A stretch of DNA of 63,843 nucleotides, counting the filler, from Welwitschia mirabilis (lineage: Eukaryota), in assembly GCA_051453625.1 (NCBI GenBank). It is 5 parts of one record of this genome, joined end to end, with 100 filler letters (N's around TTAATTAATTAA, not from the genome) between each part and the next. Parts side by side here need not be neighbours in the genome. Positions count along the whole stretch, not along the records: positions 30,586 to 53,707 come from JBOZIK010000001.1; 4 more parts are not named here. The stretch is one strand, 5' to 3'. This document shows positions 38,650 to 52,123 of the stretch, in pieces (position 1 is the stretch's first letter; the number at the start of each line of letters is the position of its first letter). The translations under genes were made by a program, and so were the position numbers. The notes under the pieces are model-generated. The model saw nothing but the letters and a program-made list of their open reading frames with translations, was not told the DNA's origin and did not search any database.

Positions 38650-39125
38650 TCACTGTTTCCCAGTGGGATCTGAGATCCTGTCCTGCTAATGGTATCCAAA
38701 ATCCTGTCCCAAATCCCGGGGCTTTCTAATTTTTGTTTTTCTAGGGTGGCATCCCAACAATAATTCACCATTTCCCCCTATGAACCCTTCCCAGATCCCA
38801 GGGCCTTCTGACTTTTTTAAGAAAATAATTTTAAAAAAATAAAAAACCTATTTAAAGAGGATTTGATCCCCCTTTACTTGAATTTTTTCCTCACTTCTCT
38901 CAATGTCATAAACAACCCTATACAACAGCACACTTGTCATAGCAATAGGGTTTTTCAACCCTTAAAACACTTAAAATATATAATAAATCATAAATATGTA
39001 AAGTATATAGTTTTTTAGTTTTCCAGGATTTTGCTGGGATAGCCAATGTTTCTCCTGGGATCCCACAGGATCTTGTCTGAAAAATTTATGTGGGGACAGA
39101 AAGGGATTCAGGATACAATCATAGC
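38650..39125. mobile_element. MITE-like element with inverted subterminal GGGAT/ATCCC/CCTGTCC motifs
   Basis: The left end is rich in ATCCTGTCC/ATCCC and the right end in GGGAT/GGGACAG, with an AT-rich core. TIR and TSD not resolved. Confidence 0.4.
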
Positions 39126-41739
39126 AGTAATAACCAAAAGTATGTGAAATCAGCAATTTTAAATGGCTTTGAAGTTCCTCGAAAGGAAAAGGTATAAATA
39201 CAAAATGGGAGATTTGTATGGGTAAAAACACTCCTGGAGTAAGAGAATTCTAGACTGGATGAGTTCCTTCAAAATAAGAGGACACAGTAAGAATACTTCA
39301 GAAAAGAGCTTCTAGAAAGTGACACTTTCTGTTTAATCTTTGTAAACAATTCTGGCAAGTTCTTGCGCAAGATGTGAACTTACATAATGAGAATGCTTCT
39401 AGATGGCAGGCTTTGGAGAATTTTGATGTTTTTCCGTTCTTGACATACCACAAAACAAAAGAGTTTCAAGCACAACAAAGAATGCACAAGACCTGTTGAA
39501 GAAATTCAGCACCAAAGATCCAGTCTGTCTTGGATCCATTCTATATGTTCTCATCCAAGAGCAGACATTCAAGTTCCAGCCCAAAGTGAAAGCTAAATGT
39601 CAGATCCACATGAGAGATGTCTTCAAGCTGCAAAACGTATGCAAGATATGCTATCCATATAAAACGTACTTGGAGGTCCTAACACAAGGAGGGTGAGAAA
39701 CATACAAAGTGAAAACTGCTTTTAGAGAGATGAATTGCTTTGATAACACACCTTTGATATAACTTATCTTCTGGCTTGTGTCTGATGGTGGGTTGGCCAG
39801 AAGCCACATCCTAAATCAACTCTTCTACACATGGCAAACATACACTTAATAGTGGAATATTCAAATCACCTCCTTTTGTGGTAATGCAGTGTCACTATTT
39901 AAAAAAAATATATATATACTACTTTTCATTTGTAAATCTATGAATTAACGTTGGCGCCAGTATTTAATTGTAAAATGTGCTATGTTATGAAGTTACCTCG
40001 AGGATATTTCTATTTTTATGTTTTAGTTTATAAGGTGATATTAACATGTAATCAAAGGGAACTCAAGGGTTAGGAGATTCTGCAGGCCTCAAACCTGACA
40101 CCATTTATACATGTCATGCCTTTGAGAAGGGGTATGTGGAATTGTTGTGCTCTCTGAAGCTTGACTGCTCCATGCAACTTTCCTGTAGACGTATGCTCGA
40201 AAGGGAAATTTTTGAGTGCTTTTGCTTTGTTATTGATTCCTTGCTGTTTTCTACACCTATTTTCATAACACGTGGGCCATTCATGTACCAACCTTTAACC
40301 CATAATTCATGGTTGATTTAGTTACATATAATAAGTTGCAAAACCTTTGATCCTATAGCATGCATCACATTTCTACTAGCTATCTGACCTGCTTTTCCTT
40401 ATGAATGTCTCATTCTGCATTATAGGGTTCTAGTGTTTTACCAAATAAATCTTCATGTGTTGCCTTCATTCTTGTTTGTTTCATTAATTTTACTGCTTTA
40501 ACTTTTTATGCACTATTGCTGGTCCATTTTCCATTACATCCGAAACCTGAAAACTAAATTGACTGATTACGAGGTTACTTGAAATTGTTCATCTATGTAA
40601 CAAACTATTTATGCCTTCTTTCCATGAAAGATGCTCAAACTGGTTACAGCAATTTATATAGATTATCAATCAATATAAATGCATACTTTTCAGTTGTATG
40701 CTCTATAAATCCAACATTTCTCAACTGTTGCTTCCTATTCTGATCATTCCATGGCTTGGAAAGCATCATTCAATTTGTTTTTACTTTTTAGAGAGCCTTA
40801 TACAATTCATCAAGAACATGTTTTAGTATAACAAGAAGGGAATCAACTAAGGTTAGAGTTTTTGACACTATATCCAAGTTAAGTCCAGAGAATGGCGCTC
40901 ATCTGAAAGCTCATGAGCCAAGCATAAGGGGATTATGGCAAACTATCAACACAACTTCCATATGATGTCAGAAGAGGGATAAAAGAACAAGATCTGTAAA
41001 AGAATCAATTGGCCCATCTGAGATTGAAGGCTAAGAGAGTCATGATAGTGTTTGGTAAAAGGCAGGGCACTTATTGTAATAAAATAGAGCATAAAAGTTA
41101 CAACATTGTTTGAAGATTAATTAAAAAGAAAATAAAGTAACATTAAATTAATTTAAATATAACATATGAAGAAATGCACCTGTGAATAATGTTATCCAAT
41201 TAAAATAGTAAGCATAAGCTAACAAATTCAAAAAACAGGAATAAATACACATATGACATAAATTCATAACAAAGGATCCCTCATTCTTATTACTAACAAA
41301 ATTTTCCTATATTAATTATAGCATATTGCTATTCCAACAGCATGACGATATAGTTTAGCCTCTTCCCACATCAATCTCTACATAGTTATATAACTCCTGC
41401 ATTCTCATCATAGATTTATTCATCATAGGAAGTTGTTTCATTTCTATTTGAATCCCAATACATTTCATCTTGATGTGTTTTTGTAATTTCACACCTCAAT
41501 TTCTATATGTTCATGTTGCATGTGGTATTTACTTAGGGTTTATAAGAAACATTCCCTATCTTGAAGCCAAATCTTGTCTGGGATTGTACCATATTTGAAA
41601 CATTGAATGACTTCTGTAAATCTAGAGGCTCTACACAAACACTGCATCCCCTCTGACCAAACAGTTTTTATTTTCCATCATTGTTCTTGTTCTGTGTAGA
41701 TAGATATAAGCACTCCTTTTTTGGAAATGGATGTAGCCA

Positions 41740-42500
41740 TAAATTACACAAGTCGAGCCGACCTACTTTTCCTATTATTTGCTTTATCAATGTGGTGTTT
41801 GAATTTTCCACTTCTTAAAATGGCTTCATGTATATTGTGTAAAGTTCTCAGCCACAAAATTCACTGAACAGATGAAGTTGAGAAGACATCAAGAGCCATA
41901 ATTCACCTATTCTTAGTTTGAGTAAGTTCATAAATTAGGTAATAATGTCAAAATGTGAAGCACCATCAACAAAGCATTGCTCAATCTAGATAGGTTTATC
42001 ATTCTGGATTGTGTTTTGCGACTCATTTCTAACGGTTAGATCCTTTATATTTCTCATCTCTCAGGGTTAGATGCTTTATTAATCGAGATTTTTCAAAGAT
42101 CAGTCACAGCCATGTTTCAGTTTCCTCTTGTTCTTCTATGTTCCATAGTTCATAACTCTGGGCATTGTTAGAACTGTTGTCTCTAGTTCTGTGTTACATT
42201 TAATTAGATTTAACTATGCAATGATGTTCGGATACTAGTAAATACACATTACACTTTCACATAAATATGAGAGGTTATTGAATCGTTCTTTTTCATTTTA
42301 TCCAATTGGATAGTTTGAATCAAGAAATCAATGTATAAAAACTTGATGAAACAGAAACTCAACTGACGGGTTCTCTATCTAATATCTGGTGTTTGAGCTT
42401 ATACAATATGTTGCATCTGGTTCCTCTTTCATAATGTAATGAATATAATTGTTCTTCCAATGTTATGAAATCTCTGTGGCATTCCCTCAATTCAAAATAA
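41740..42500 (-). mobile_element. LINE 3' remnant (RNase H region)
   Basis: Minus-strand fragments YELWNI (cf. WxLWxxRN) and CFVDGASH (cf. NxDGAS). Confidence 0.35.
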
Positions 42501-44329
42501 GAGCTCGAATACGCCCTTTATGTTCAATTCAAAATCTGACTGTATATTTTAGATAGTTATGTTAAATGGTTAAAACAAAAAAAAGAAGGAAATCAATGAA
42601 ACAAAGTCCACTTCAGGATTCAATTTGTAAATTTGAAGTCAGATTCAGCTAATATCTCGAATGTATTAAATGTATAACAACACTTAAGCTTTAATTAACA
42701 TAAAGAGTAATTTGCTCCAAAGACTTCTAAATGGATCAGAGGCATGAATTTATGATATAAGCATGCTCATCTTCCTTCAGCTGGATTTCAAAAAGATCTT
42801 TTCATCCATCTTAATTAATTGTGAAATTACCTTTGTAGAGATTTTAATAGCTATTAAATGAAAACACTATTCACTTATTGACATCAAGGATATATCATAA
42901 TAAACATACCACGATGCTTTGGTTGTTGAGATGGACGGGATGACAATAGAGTAGTTGTGGAGCCTTGAGTTGCACCAGCATGAGAACTTTGCACAATTTC
43001 CTTCAACCAGAGTGGATTTTTTAGAGTACTATATTAAAATTTTAAAATTGTCAACGTAAGGAGGACAATATGTACTAGAAAGTAGAAACAAAAACTGGAT
43101 GCACTACAAATCAAGAATGCCCATTTGTTAAAGAGAAACTATATAAGAAACAAGTGCCAAGAACGTTAATCAACAAGATTAAGATACATGTCGCTTGCCC
43201 AAATCATTGATGCTCTATATGAATCCTGATTTCTTCACTCTTTGAAAAAGAAGGGGAACACCCTGTAGCAAACGCAAATGTGTGGCAGCCTGCAAAATTA
43301 TTGCCTACATTTACTACTTAAAAAAGAGAATTTCGTAGTTTATTAGAAATAACAGAGATCTTGCTTCGTTCTTGAAAGTCTGAACACAATTCATCATGTG
43401 TGACATTAGTAATCAGTAGTCTTCACATAGCTTATACTAATCACAGAGCATAAGTACTATATCAGAACTCTCCATATGCAAAATCATGAGGAGTCATGGA
43501 AGTTGAGGCATGCCCAAACAACATTACACGCTGGTGCTACTAAAGGTTTAATAGCTTAAACACGGTCACCAAATGGTTTCTGACTGGTTTTTACAAGATG
43601 ATACTCTCAGAATAGTAAGAGGATGGAAGCCTATGAACTTCTCTAGAATGCTATTATGTGACTTGAACACGAGTGGATACTATACATGGTAGCCGGGTAT
43701 TGTCACCACTAGAAAAGCCCAATAGGGTGAATCAAACCATCAGAACATCAATAAAACACTTACAAAGGCCCTCACCAGAAGCACAACCCACCTATACTCA
43801 TCTCTGTATATGAAGATGAGCAGAGTAACAATGATGGCAATAATGATCACTACTCCCTTCCTCGAGACTATGTAAAAAGTATCAAAACGACCATGAAGAT
43901 GATGAAGATAACAAGAGTAGGCAAAGGGAAACTAGCCTACATATTCTCGCAAGCTCTAGATGAAAGATGGTGAAGGACATAAAATAGCTACAAGAGAAGA
44001 ATAGATCAAGATGTGGTAACTATTTTAGGAAACACATAAAGTAGGAAACATTGATAATTTGTTAATTTGTTTATAGGATATAAAGGCTCTTGCTATATTC
44101 AACTCTAGTAATATCAGCATCTGGAAAGGACAGTACTGAAATCTAAATGTGCATAAATCATAGATGCAATGACTCTCAACCAAACAACTGTGAGGTACAG
44201 ATTTCAGATGTATGGAATGCATTGCATACTAGAGTATTTGAGTGGGCCATGATTTTTAGCAAGAGACACTTAAGTGTAGATATCCAGATCCGGTAAACAA
44301 AGGTGATTGTTGAGTACCAACCCGACCCC

Positions 44330-45360
44330 CAGCTGCTGGGGAACCTCTTTCCTTTCCTTTTCAACCAACCCTCCTCTCCACCTCTTCCTTGAACCCTTCT
44401 CCCCCATTTTCTTTTCTTTCCATTCATCTCCCCCTTTCTCCCTCGCCTCTCCCCTCCTCCTTCCTTTTTCTTTCCCTTCTGCTCACCCCTTTTCCTAACT
44501 TCCCTAGGCATGGAATCCAAGTCCCATTCCATGCCCAAGGCATGGAAGAGGCTTCCACACTGCCATCCGACCCTCAGCTCCCTTCTTAATTATTGCTCAT
44601 GTGACAAGTCTCAGCTCCACAAGTCTCAATATCAGCCCCAGCATTAGGTTGTGCCTCAGCTTTGGCTCCTCTAGCTCAATGCTCTGCCTTCGGTTATGGT
44701 CTCCAACCTTCTGACCCCACAAGAAGACATCTCTAGGCAGCACCCTTCACCCAGGATTCCTTCTCCATTCCATCGTTTCTTCCCATTTCCCATCACCTTT
44801 TCCCTCTTACCTATCTCTTTTTTACCTTTTCCTCCCTATCTCCTTTTCTTCCCTTTCCCACCTTCCCACACTTCCTACATTCCACACCTTAGGCTTGGAA
44901 TCCTGCTTTTCCATAGCCTAGGTGTGGAATTCTCTCCCCAGGCTCCCTCCTCAGCTCAATTCAACCAGCTTCAACCTTAGACAACTCACAAGAAGAAGAA
45001 TCAGATGTTGGCTCTTCCTCATCGACCTGGATTTCAAACTTTTGCCTACTCAGCATTAGACACTGCATCAATTCAGAACTCTAGCTCAGTCAGAAACCCT
45101 TTTCTCCATGCCTACGGACCCCCTTTTCTCCCCACCTTCCTTCTTCTCCACCTCCTTCTAATCTCCCTTTCCTTCCCTTCCTTCTCCTCCTGTTCTGATT
45201 TCTTCTCCCTCCCTTTCTCTTCCCTTCCTTCACCAACACACTTTAGATTCCATGCCCAAGGTGTGGAATCCATCCAACTCCACGCCCTAGGTGTGGAATC
45301 TAGATAGCCTCCCTCCCCTCTACCTCAACTGATGACACCTCCTTCCCCCTTTAAGAATTT
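44330..45360. repeat. Pyrimidine-rich TE-like region with six copies of a 21-bp palindromic motif TTCCAYRCC-NNN-GGYRTGGAA
   Basis: Copies at about 44497, 44527, 44880, 44909, 45248 and 45278, arranged in three pairs separated by CT-rich tracts. Confidence 0.6.
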
Positions 45361-46412
45361 GACCTCCTCTAGCCTCCAGCACAACTGTTCTTCTAATCAG
45401 ACTCCTCCTCTAGTTGCTTCCACCTCGTAGACCCAGTTCTCCAAATGGGTTCAGATTGCTTCAACTTGTCGCTTAGCTTCCTCCACCGAGGGCATGATCA
45501 TTATGTTCACATCATCACTGCAAATCTAGAAGAGCTTTACAGTCACATGAAATCCTTAAGCTGCACCAAGATCAAGTAAACTTGCCCATAACATTACACT
45601 CTTCACCTGGCGTCCTCCACCAAGGGCGTGATCATTAAATTCACATCATCACTTTGCATCCAGAAGAGGTCTAAGATCACATAACATCCTTAGGAAACAC
45701 CAGAATCAAGGGAGCCTACCCTTGACATTACAACGCTAGGTAAATACCAACTTAACGACCAGTTAGTTGTCCATTGTTCTGGTGGCGTGATACCATCCGG
45801 GATTAGCTAGACATTTGATTACTGTTGCTTCTATCTCCCAAATGCTGCTGCACATCGGATCCTGCCTAGCTCAAGGATAACAAAGAGACATTATTTCGGC
45901 CCCCATCATTACAGTCCCCTTTCCCTTTCCTGCATGTCACTTTCTCTTCTGTGCCTTCCCTCAATAAGGTAGTCTTTTCCTTTGTCTCTTGCTTGTATGT
46001 CTTTGCATTTGCAAGACCCTCTCTTCGTTCTCTCTCGAATACCCTATCACCCTCTGATAGTGTAAATGTTATCTATTAGATTGAAGTTCCCCTCCCACAT
46101 ACCAGATAATGATCTCAATCTCACAAGAAGATCTCTCTTCTAGACTCTGAGCAAGCTAGCAACACCCCCTCCATCACAAGGAAGACTTCTAAAGACAACA
46201 GAAGAAGCCTCTTCTATTGAACAAGTTATCTACACATCTCTCTTCCACCACTAGTGTTTTCCCTTCATAGTTGTATTTGACTGTTTAAGTTACTTGTGTT
46301 TTCCCTTTTTCGTTGTGTTTTTCTTGTTTTTAGATAAATAGTAATAAAAGAGTTCCATCCTTTCTCATCACCCGGTTGCTTACCATCTGGAGGCACAATA
46401 GAGAGTACAGAG

Positions 46413-47649
46413 TGTTAAGTTAATATTTGCCAAGTTGATGTCAAACTAATGATTTATGTTTAGCAAAACATGTTGTATTTTGCGCAAAAAATATTAATCT
46501 TTGCAGGTCAGAAGCTGAAACATTTTGTCACCTTTTGTACTTGAACCTGTCAGTTTTTATACCCTCTAAGGGGTCGATCGGATTCCCAAAGGGTCAACCG
46601 CACCTAAACCTTACACCGAAATGAACTGAATTCAGAAGGGTCGATCGGATTCCTGACTGATCGACAAGACCTGAGCATCAAACTTTCACAGCAGATCATC
46701 AAGGGGTCGACTAGATTCTTGAAGGGTCGACCAGACCTAGAGTGAAATGTTCTCACCCTTTGTCAACAAGGGGTCGACCGAACACATATAGGGTCGACCG
46801 AACCTGGACCGCAAAACAGTGTTGCAGTTTTTCTTGGACATGGGGTCGATCGGACATGAAGCCATAAGAAACAGGGGTCGAAACAGGGGTCGACCAGAAG
46901 AACATGAGGGCGACCAACTTCAATGACGGCACCAGATAGAGTCGATCGAATGTTTTCAGGGGTCGACTAGTCGCGACGGAAACGAGATTTTTCTAGCCGT
47001 TATGAACCCATTTTTGTCCATTGGAGAGTCTTTTCACTTGTAAAATCCCTAAAAGGCTTCTCCTATATATTTGCCAAGAGTCAAAATCCCTGCACCCCTT
47101 TTGAATCATTGTGAAATAATTGTTGAACTCATTGGCATATTCTCTACCTGACCAAGGATGAACCAAGAGCTATTATCATTTTGAACTTGGTCAAGTCGGT
47201 TGTACTGTGGCTTGTGGATTGTACCATCTTCTCAAGCAATGTAGCAATACTGATTTTGAGCTAGAGATCTGGTGAAACCTGTGCATTACGACACACTTCG
47301 CATTCTTGCTGAAGGCTGAGACTGAGCCTCAAAAAAGTCCAATGGTAAAGGTTACAAGTGAACCTGGAATACCTGGAAACCAATTAACAAAGATTCGGAT
47401 TAGGCTTGGGTAGAAGCTGATCGCCGAGAGGAGAGTAGGGGGTCTCCCGAACCGCTGTAAACCTTGTGTGAATCCTCATCGGTATTTTTGTGCTTTCTGT
47501 TCTTTATTTTTCAGAATACTTTCAGTGATGATTTGCACAAATATTTTAGTGTTTATTTTGTGTGGACGTATTTTTTGTGAATTTATTCAATTATTTTTAA
47601 AATCCTATTCACTTCTCCCCCCCTCCCTTCTAAGGTTCTCGATCCTTCA
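46413..47649 (+). mobile_element. Solo LTR of the same Sirevirus-like family as 7676-15292
   Basis: TG..CA termini and a perfect TSD CAGAG (46408-46412 and 47650-47654). Many GGGGTCGACC palindromes, a TATATA box near 47064 and a CCTATTCAC..CCCCCC U5 motif. Ends match the reverse complement of 13767-15292. Confidence 0.9.
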
Positions 47650-47749
47650 CAGAGGACCTTTTCCCAAGAAATCTCCTTCTTGGGTCTGTGAGAGGAGGAG
47701 GGAGAGAGTGACAGAGCCAGAGCGAGAGTCGAGNNNNNNNNNNGGGGCG

Positions 47750-47751
47750 TG

Positions 47752-47816
<65 letters not shown>
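47750..47816. repeat. (GT)n(GA)n microsatellite
   Basis: Direct reading. Confidence 0.95.
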
Positions 47817-47818
<2 letters not shown>

Positions 47819-48471
47819 CTTTATCTTCAATAGAGGAAGAACACCATCCTGGTGTACCCTTCCGGCACCCTTCCTCATCCCTTTCTCTAGAATGTCGTCT
47901 ACTTCACTACAACTCTATAAGAAGATCCTTATTGAAACCTCTAATCCCACACCCTTACATGTTTCATACACTTTAGCCAGCACCTTGGAACAATCTGTAA
48001 GGACACCAACTCTCTTCGAAAGTTTCCTTTTTCTTACCCTTAGCTTCCTTTCCTTTTCTTTATTCCCTTTTTGCACTATGAGATGCTCTCACTAGGCCTA
48101 GTCCATGCTCTAAATATGTTCCCCAGTTACCCTATACCCTAAGGGAGATCATCTTTGGTACCTAATTTCCAACTGCCCTCTAAACAAGTCCACGTTAACT
48201 CACCTTGGCAAGCAGACATTGTCTTTTCCATGCGTAGGGAAAGGAATTTACATCAACAATGACACATGGAAGAAGACTTTCAAGACACCAGATACTATGT
48301 AGGAGAGGGTAAAGAAGTCATGGACAACAACATGGTTCTAAGAATTGTTTCAAATTACGCTCTAAATCATGATCTAAATCATTTTTCACAACACTTATTA
48401 GAATTATGATTCGCACAATGTAAAATTATGTTGTTTTAAAACAAACAGTAACATTAAAAAAAGGAAAATAG

Positions 48472-51400
48472 TATTAGGATTTAAAACACGCTAGAAGGGG
48501 GATGAATAGGGTTTTTCAAACTTTTAATCTAGAAGAATAAGAGGACTTGCAAACAGTTAAGAGATTGAATTGAAAAATAAAGCAAAAAGGAATGTGCAGC
48601 AGAACTTTTATAGTGGTTCGGCTCTCCAGCCTACTCCACTCTCAAGAGGCAGCACAATGCCTTTAGCTTCCTAGTTCCCTATCAAAAATTTCTTCCAATA
48701 CAATCAACCCTTCATTCTAAGGTTCAAGAATTACAATCCTTGCTCCGTCAGAGTAGCACAATAGAAGAAGAATAGCCTGATGATGTTTGAACCTATCAAG
48801 CACAGATCATCAACACTAAGTACAATTAGAATGATTGGATTTTTCCTATTCTAGAACACTATTACGGCAACGAGAAGAGGCTCCTTTAGATATAGACATT
48901 GTAATTTTCCCAAGGATAGAAAAAAGGTACCTCTCTTTTTCTCGTCTAATCCATTTATATGATTAGCACTCAAAGAAGTAAAGAGGATCTTAGAGAAGGT
49001 GGTCCCTTGAGTTGTGTGCCTCCAAAGACCCTTTTAGTCATTTGTGTCTTTGATTCAACACCCAACGTTCCCCAAAGTGTGCATTCTGCAACAACATTCA
49101 TCTTCCCGGATGTCCCATTGAGAAAATTTGGACGTCCCATTTCTTAAGTACTTTTACAGAGACTGAGATAAGATCTAGACATCCCCATTTTAAAGTTTGG
49201 ACGTACCAGTATATATAATTGAGAACAGGTCCAAACGTCTTAATTCTGATAATCGGACATCTAGGCATTTTTCAGTCGAGAACAAAGCCAGACGTCCCTG
49301 TTTTTCCTTTCGGACGTCCCAGTACTATTTGATAGCTTACAGGGCCGAACATAATACTTTTGCCATCTGGATGTTGATAGGCGGACGTCCAGACATGATC
49401 AAGTTGAATGTCCCAAATAGATTGGATTGCATCAGTTCTTGATTTTTACTGATTTCACATATCTGATGATCTCCTAGGATTTGTAGAAGATGTTTGGCTA
49501 CCTTGCATTAAGGCATTGGTCATCATTGAAATATAACTTACCAACAATCCCCCCAACGTTCATCAAAGTGTGCACTCCGCAATAATGTTCATCTTCCCAG
49601 ACATCCCATTGAGAAAATCTAGACATCCCATTGAGAAGTACTTTTACAGAGAAACTGAGGTAAGATCTGCACATCCCGATTTTAAAGTTCGAATGTCCCA
49701 GTATATATAGTTGAGAACAGGTCCGAACGTCTTGATTCTGATAATCAGACATCCAAGTATTTTTCAGCCGAGAACAAAGCAAGACGTCCCTATTTTTCCT
49801 TTCAGACGTCCCAATACTATTTGACCGCTTACAGGGCCAAACGTCCTTCTTTTGCCATCTGGACGTCGATAGGCGGACGTCCCGATATGATCAGATCGGA
49901 TGTCCCAAATAGATTGGATTGCATCAGTTCTTGATTTTCACTAGTTTCACATATCTGATGATCTCCTGGGATTTGTAGTAACCTTGATAAAGCATTTTCA
50001 TCCATTATACGATTATCAAATGAAAAAAAACACAAAATATTGGCACACTATGTTTAAAAAAAAATTGCATGAGATTGACATAGAGGAAAAAATTCTTTTC
50101 CTTTAAATCACATAAGCATATAAAAAGAGGTGCAAAACACTTAAAAAGAGTTTTAACCAATTACACAGATGTTCTCCCCCTTTGTCATCACTGCAAAAAG
50201 AGGATCACTAGAGAAGAATGAGAGGAAGAGTTTTTAGTCAGATGAGTCATCATGATGGGAAAATGTTGTGACTCTCCTTGCTCTTCTTCTTCATCGGAGT
50301 CGGGCGGGATCTCAAGCCCATAAGCAGATAGCCCGAAAGCCATGCGCTCTACCTTCTTCTGCACTTTATCAGATGGAGACTTGGCCTGTAGAGCTATATC
50401 TTTGACTTCCAAAATTGCCTTCAAAAGATCTTCATTTGACCCAAGGCCTGAACTTGTGTCTTCTTCCACTCTTCTTCGTTTCTGAGGTTAAGGAGGAGCT
50501 GATTCTACCTTAGAAAAGATGTTCATTTTCTTCAATGAATATGACCCTAGAGGTTTTGGAACTTTCTTCAATTCCTCATTTTTGTCAACAACAAATTGAA
50601 GGTTTCCCACTAGAGCTGTAAGTAATCCNNNNNNNNNNNNNNNNNNNNNNNNNNNNNNNNNNNNNNNNNNNNNNNNNNNNNNNNNNNNNNNNNNNNNNNN
50701 NNNNNNNNNNNNNNNNNNNNNNNNNNNNACCCCCATTTTAAAGTTCGGACGTCCCAGTATATATAGTTAAGAACAGGTCTGAACGTCCTGATTCTGATAA
50801 TCGGACATCTAGGTATTTTTCAGCCAAGAGCAAAGCCAGACATCCCTGTTTTTACTTTCAGATGTCCTAGTACTATTTGACAGCTTACAGGGCTAAACGT
50901 CCTACTTTTGCCATTTGGACTTTGATAGGCGGACGTCCAGACATGATCAGGTCGGATGTCCCAAATAGATTGGATTGCATTAGTTCTTGATTTTCACTGA
51001 TTTCACATATCTAATGATCTCCTAGGATTTGTAGAAGATGTTTGGCTACCTTACACTAAAGGCATTGGTCATCATTGAAATATAACTTACCAACAATCCC
51101 CCCCACGTTCACCAAAGTGTGCACTCTGCAACAACGTTCATCTTTCCGAACGTCCCATTAAGAAAATCTAGACGTCCCATTGAGAAGTACTTTTACAGAG
51201 AGATTGAGGTAAGATCTGGACATCCCCATTTTAAAGTTCGAACGCCCTAGTATATATAATTGAAAATAGGTCTGAACGTCCGGATTCTGATAATTGGACA
51301 TCCATGTATTTTTCAGTTGAGAACAAAGCCAGACGTCCCTGTTTTTCCTTTCGGACGTCCCAGTACTGTTTGACAGCTTACAGGGCCGAACGTCCTACTT

Positions 51401-52123
51401 TTGCCATCTGCAGATCGATAGGCGGACGTCCCAATATGATCAAATCGGATGTCTCAAATAGATTGGATTGCATCAGTTTTTGATTTTCACTAATTTCACT
51501 AATTTGTAGTAACCTTGATAAAGCATTCTCATCCATTATACGATTATCAGATGAAAAAAAAACACAAAATATTAGCACACTATGTTTTAAAAAAAAAATT
51601 GCATGAGATTGACATAGGGAAAAAAATTCTTTTCCTTTTGGATGAGCATACAAAAAGAGGTGCAAAACCAATTACACACCGATGTTCTCCCCCTTTGTCA
51701 TCATTGAAAGTCCAAAAAGTGATATAGGAGGAAAGATATCATTGCAAAAAGAGGATCGCTAGAAGAGAATGAGAGGAAGCGTTTTTAGTTAGATAAGTCA
51801 TCATGATGGGAAAATGTTGTGGCTCTCCTTGCTCTTCTTCTTCATCGGAGTTGGGCGGGATCTCAAGCCCATAAGCAGAGATCCCAAAAGCAATGCGCTC
51901 TACCTTCTTGTGCACTTTATCGAATGCGAACTTGGACTGTAGAGCCATATCTTTGACTTCCAAAAATGCCTTCAAAAGATCTTCATTTGACACAAGGCTA
52001 GAACTTGTGCCTTCTCACTCTTCTTTGTTTTTGAGGCTAAGGAGGAGCTGATTCTACTTCAAAAGGATGTTCATTTTCTTCAATGAATATGACCCGAGAG
52101 GCTTTGGAACTTCCATCAATTCC
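48472..52123 (-). mobile_element. 3' part of a second Sirevirus-like Copia family: LTR 48472-49546 followed by re-duplicated LTR-U3, PPT and extra-ORF blocks
   Basis: AGGGGGATGAATAGG U5 motif at 48497. LTR start TGTTGG preceded by a GGGGGGAT PPT at 49541-49554 and again at 51090-51104. GGACGTCC palindrome arrays. ACAAAGGGGGAGAA extra PPTs at about 50172 and 51685. Duplicated ORF tails at 50188-50469 and 51739-51993. Confidence 0.75.

Noticed and set aside
39240-39850. Possible further LINE remnant
   Set aside because: The motif resemblance is too weak to support without a search.
49060-51480. Regular palindromic repeats resembling a CRISPR array (also 38160-38390 and 44495-45300)
   Set aside because: Eukaryotic TE context, the spacers are themselves repeated, and there are no cas genes.
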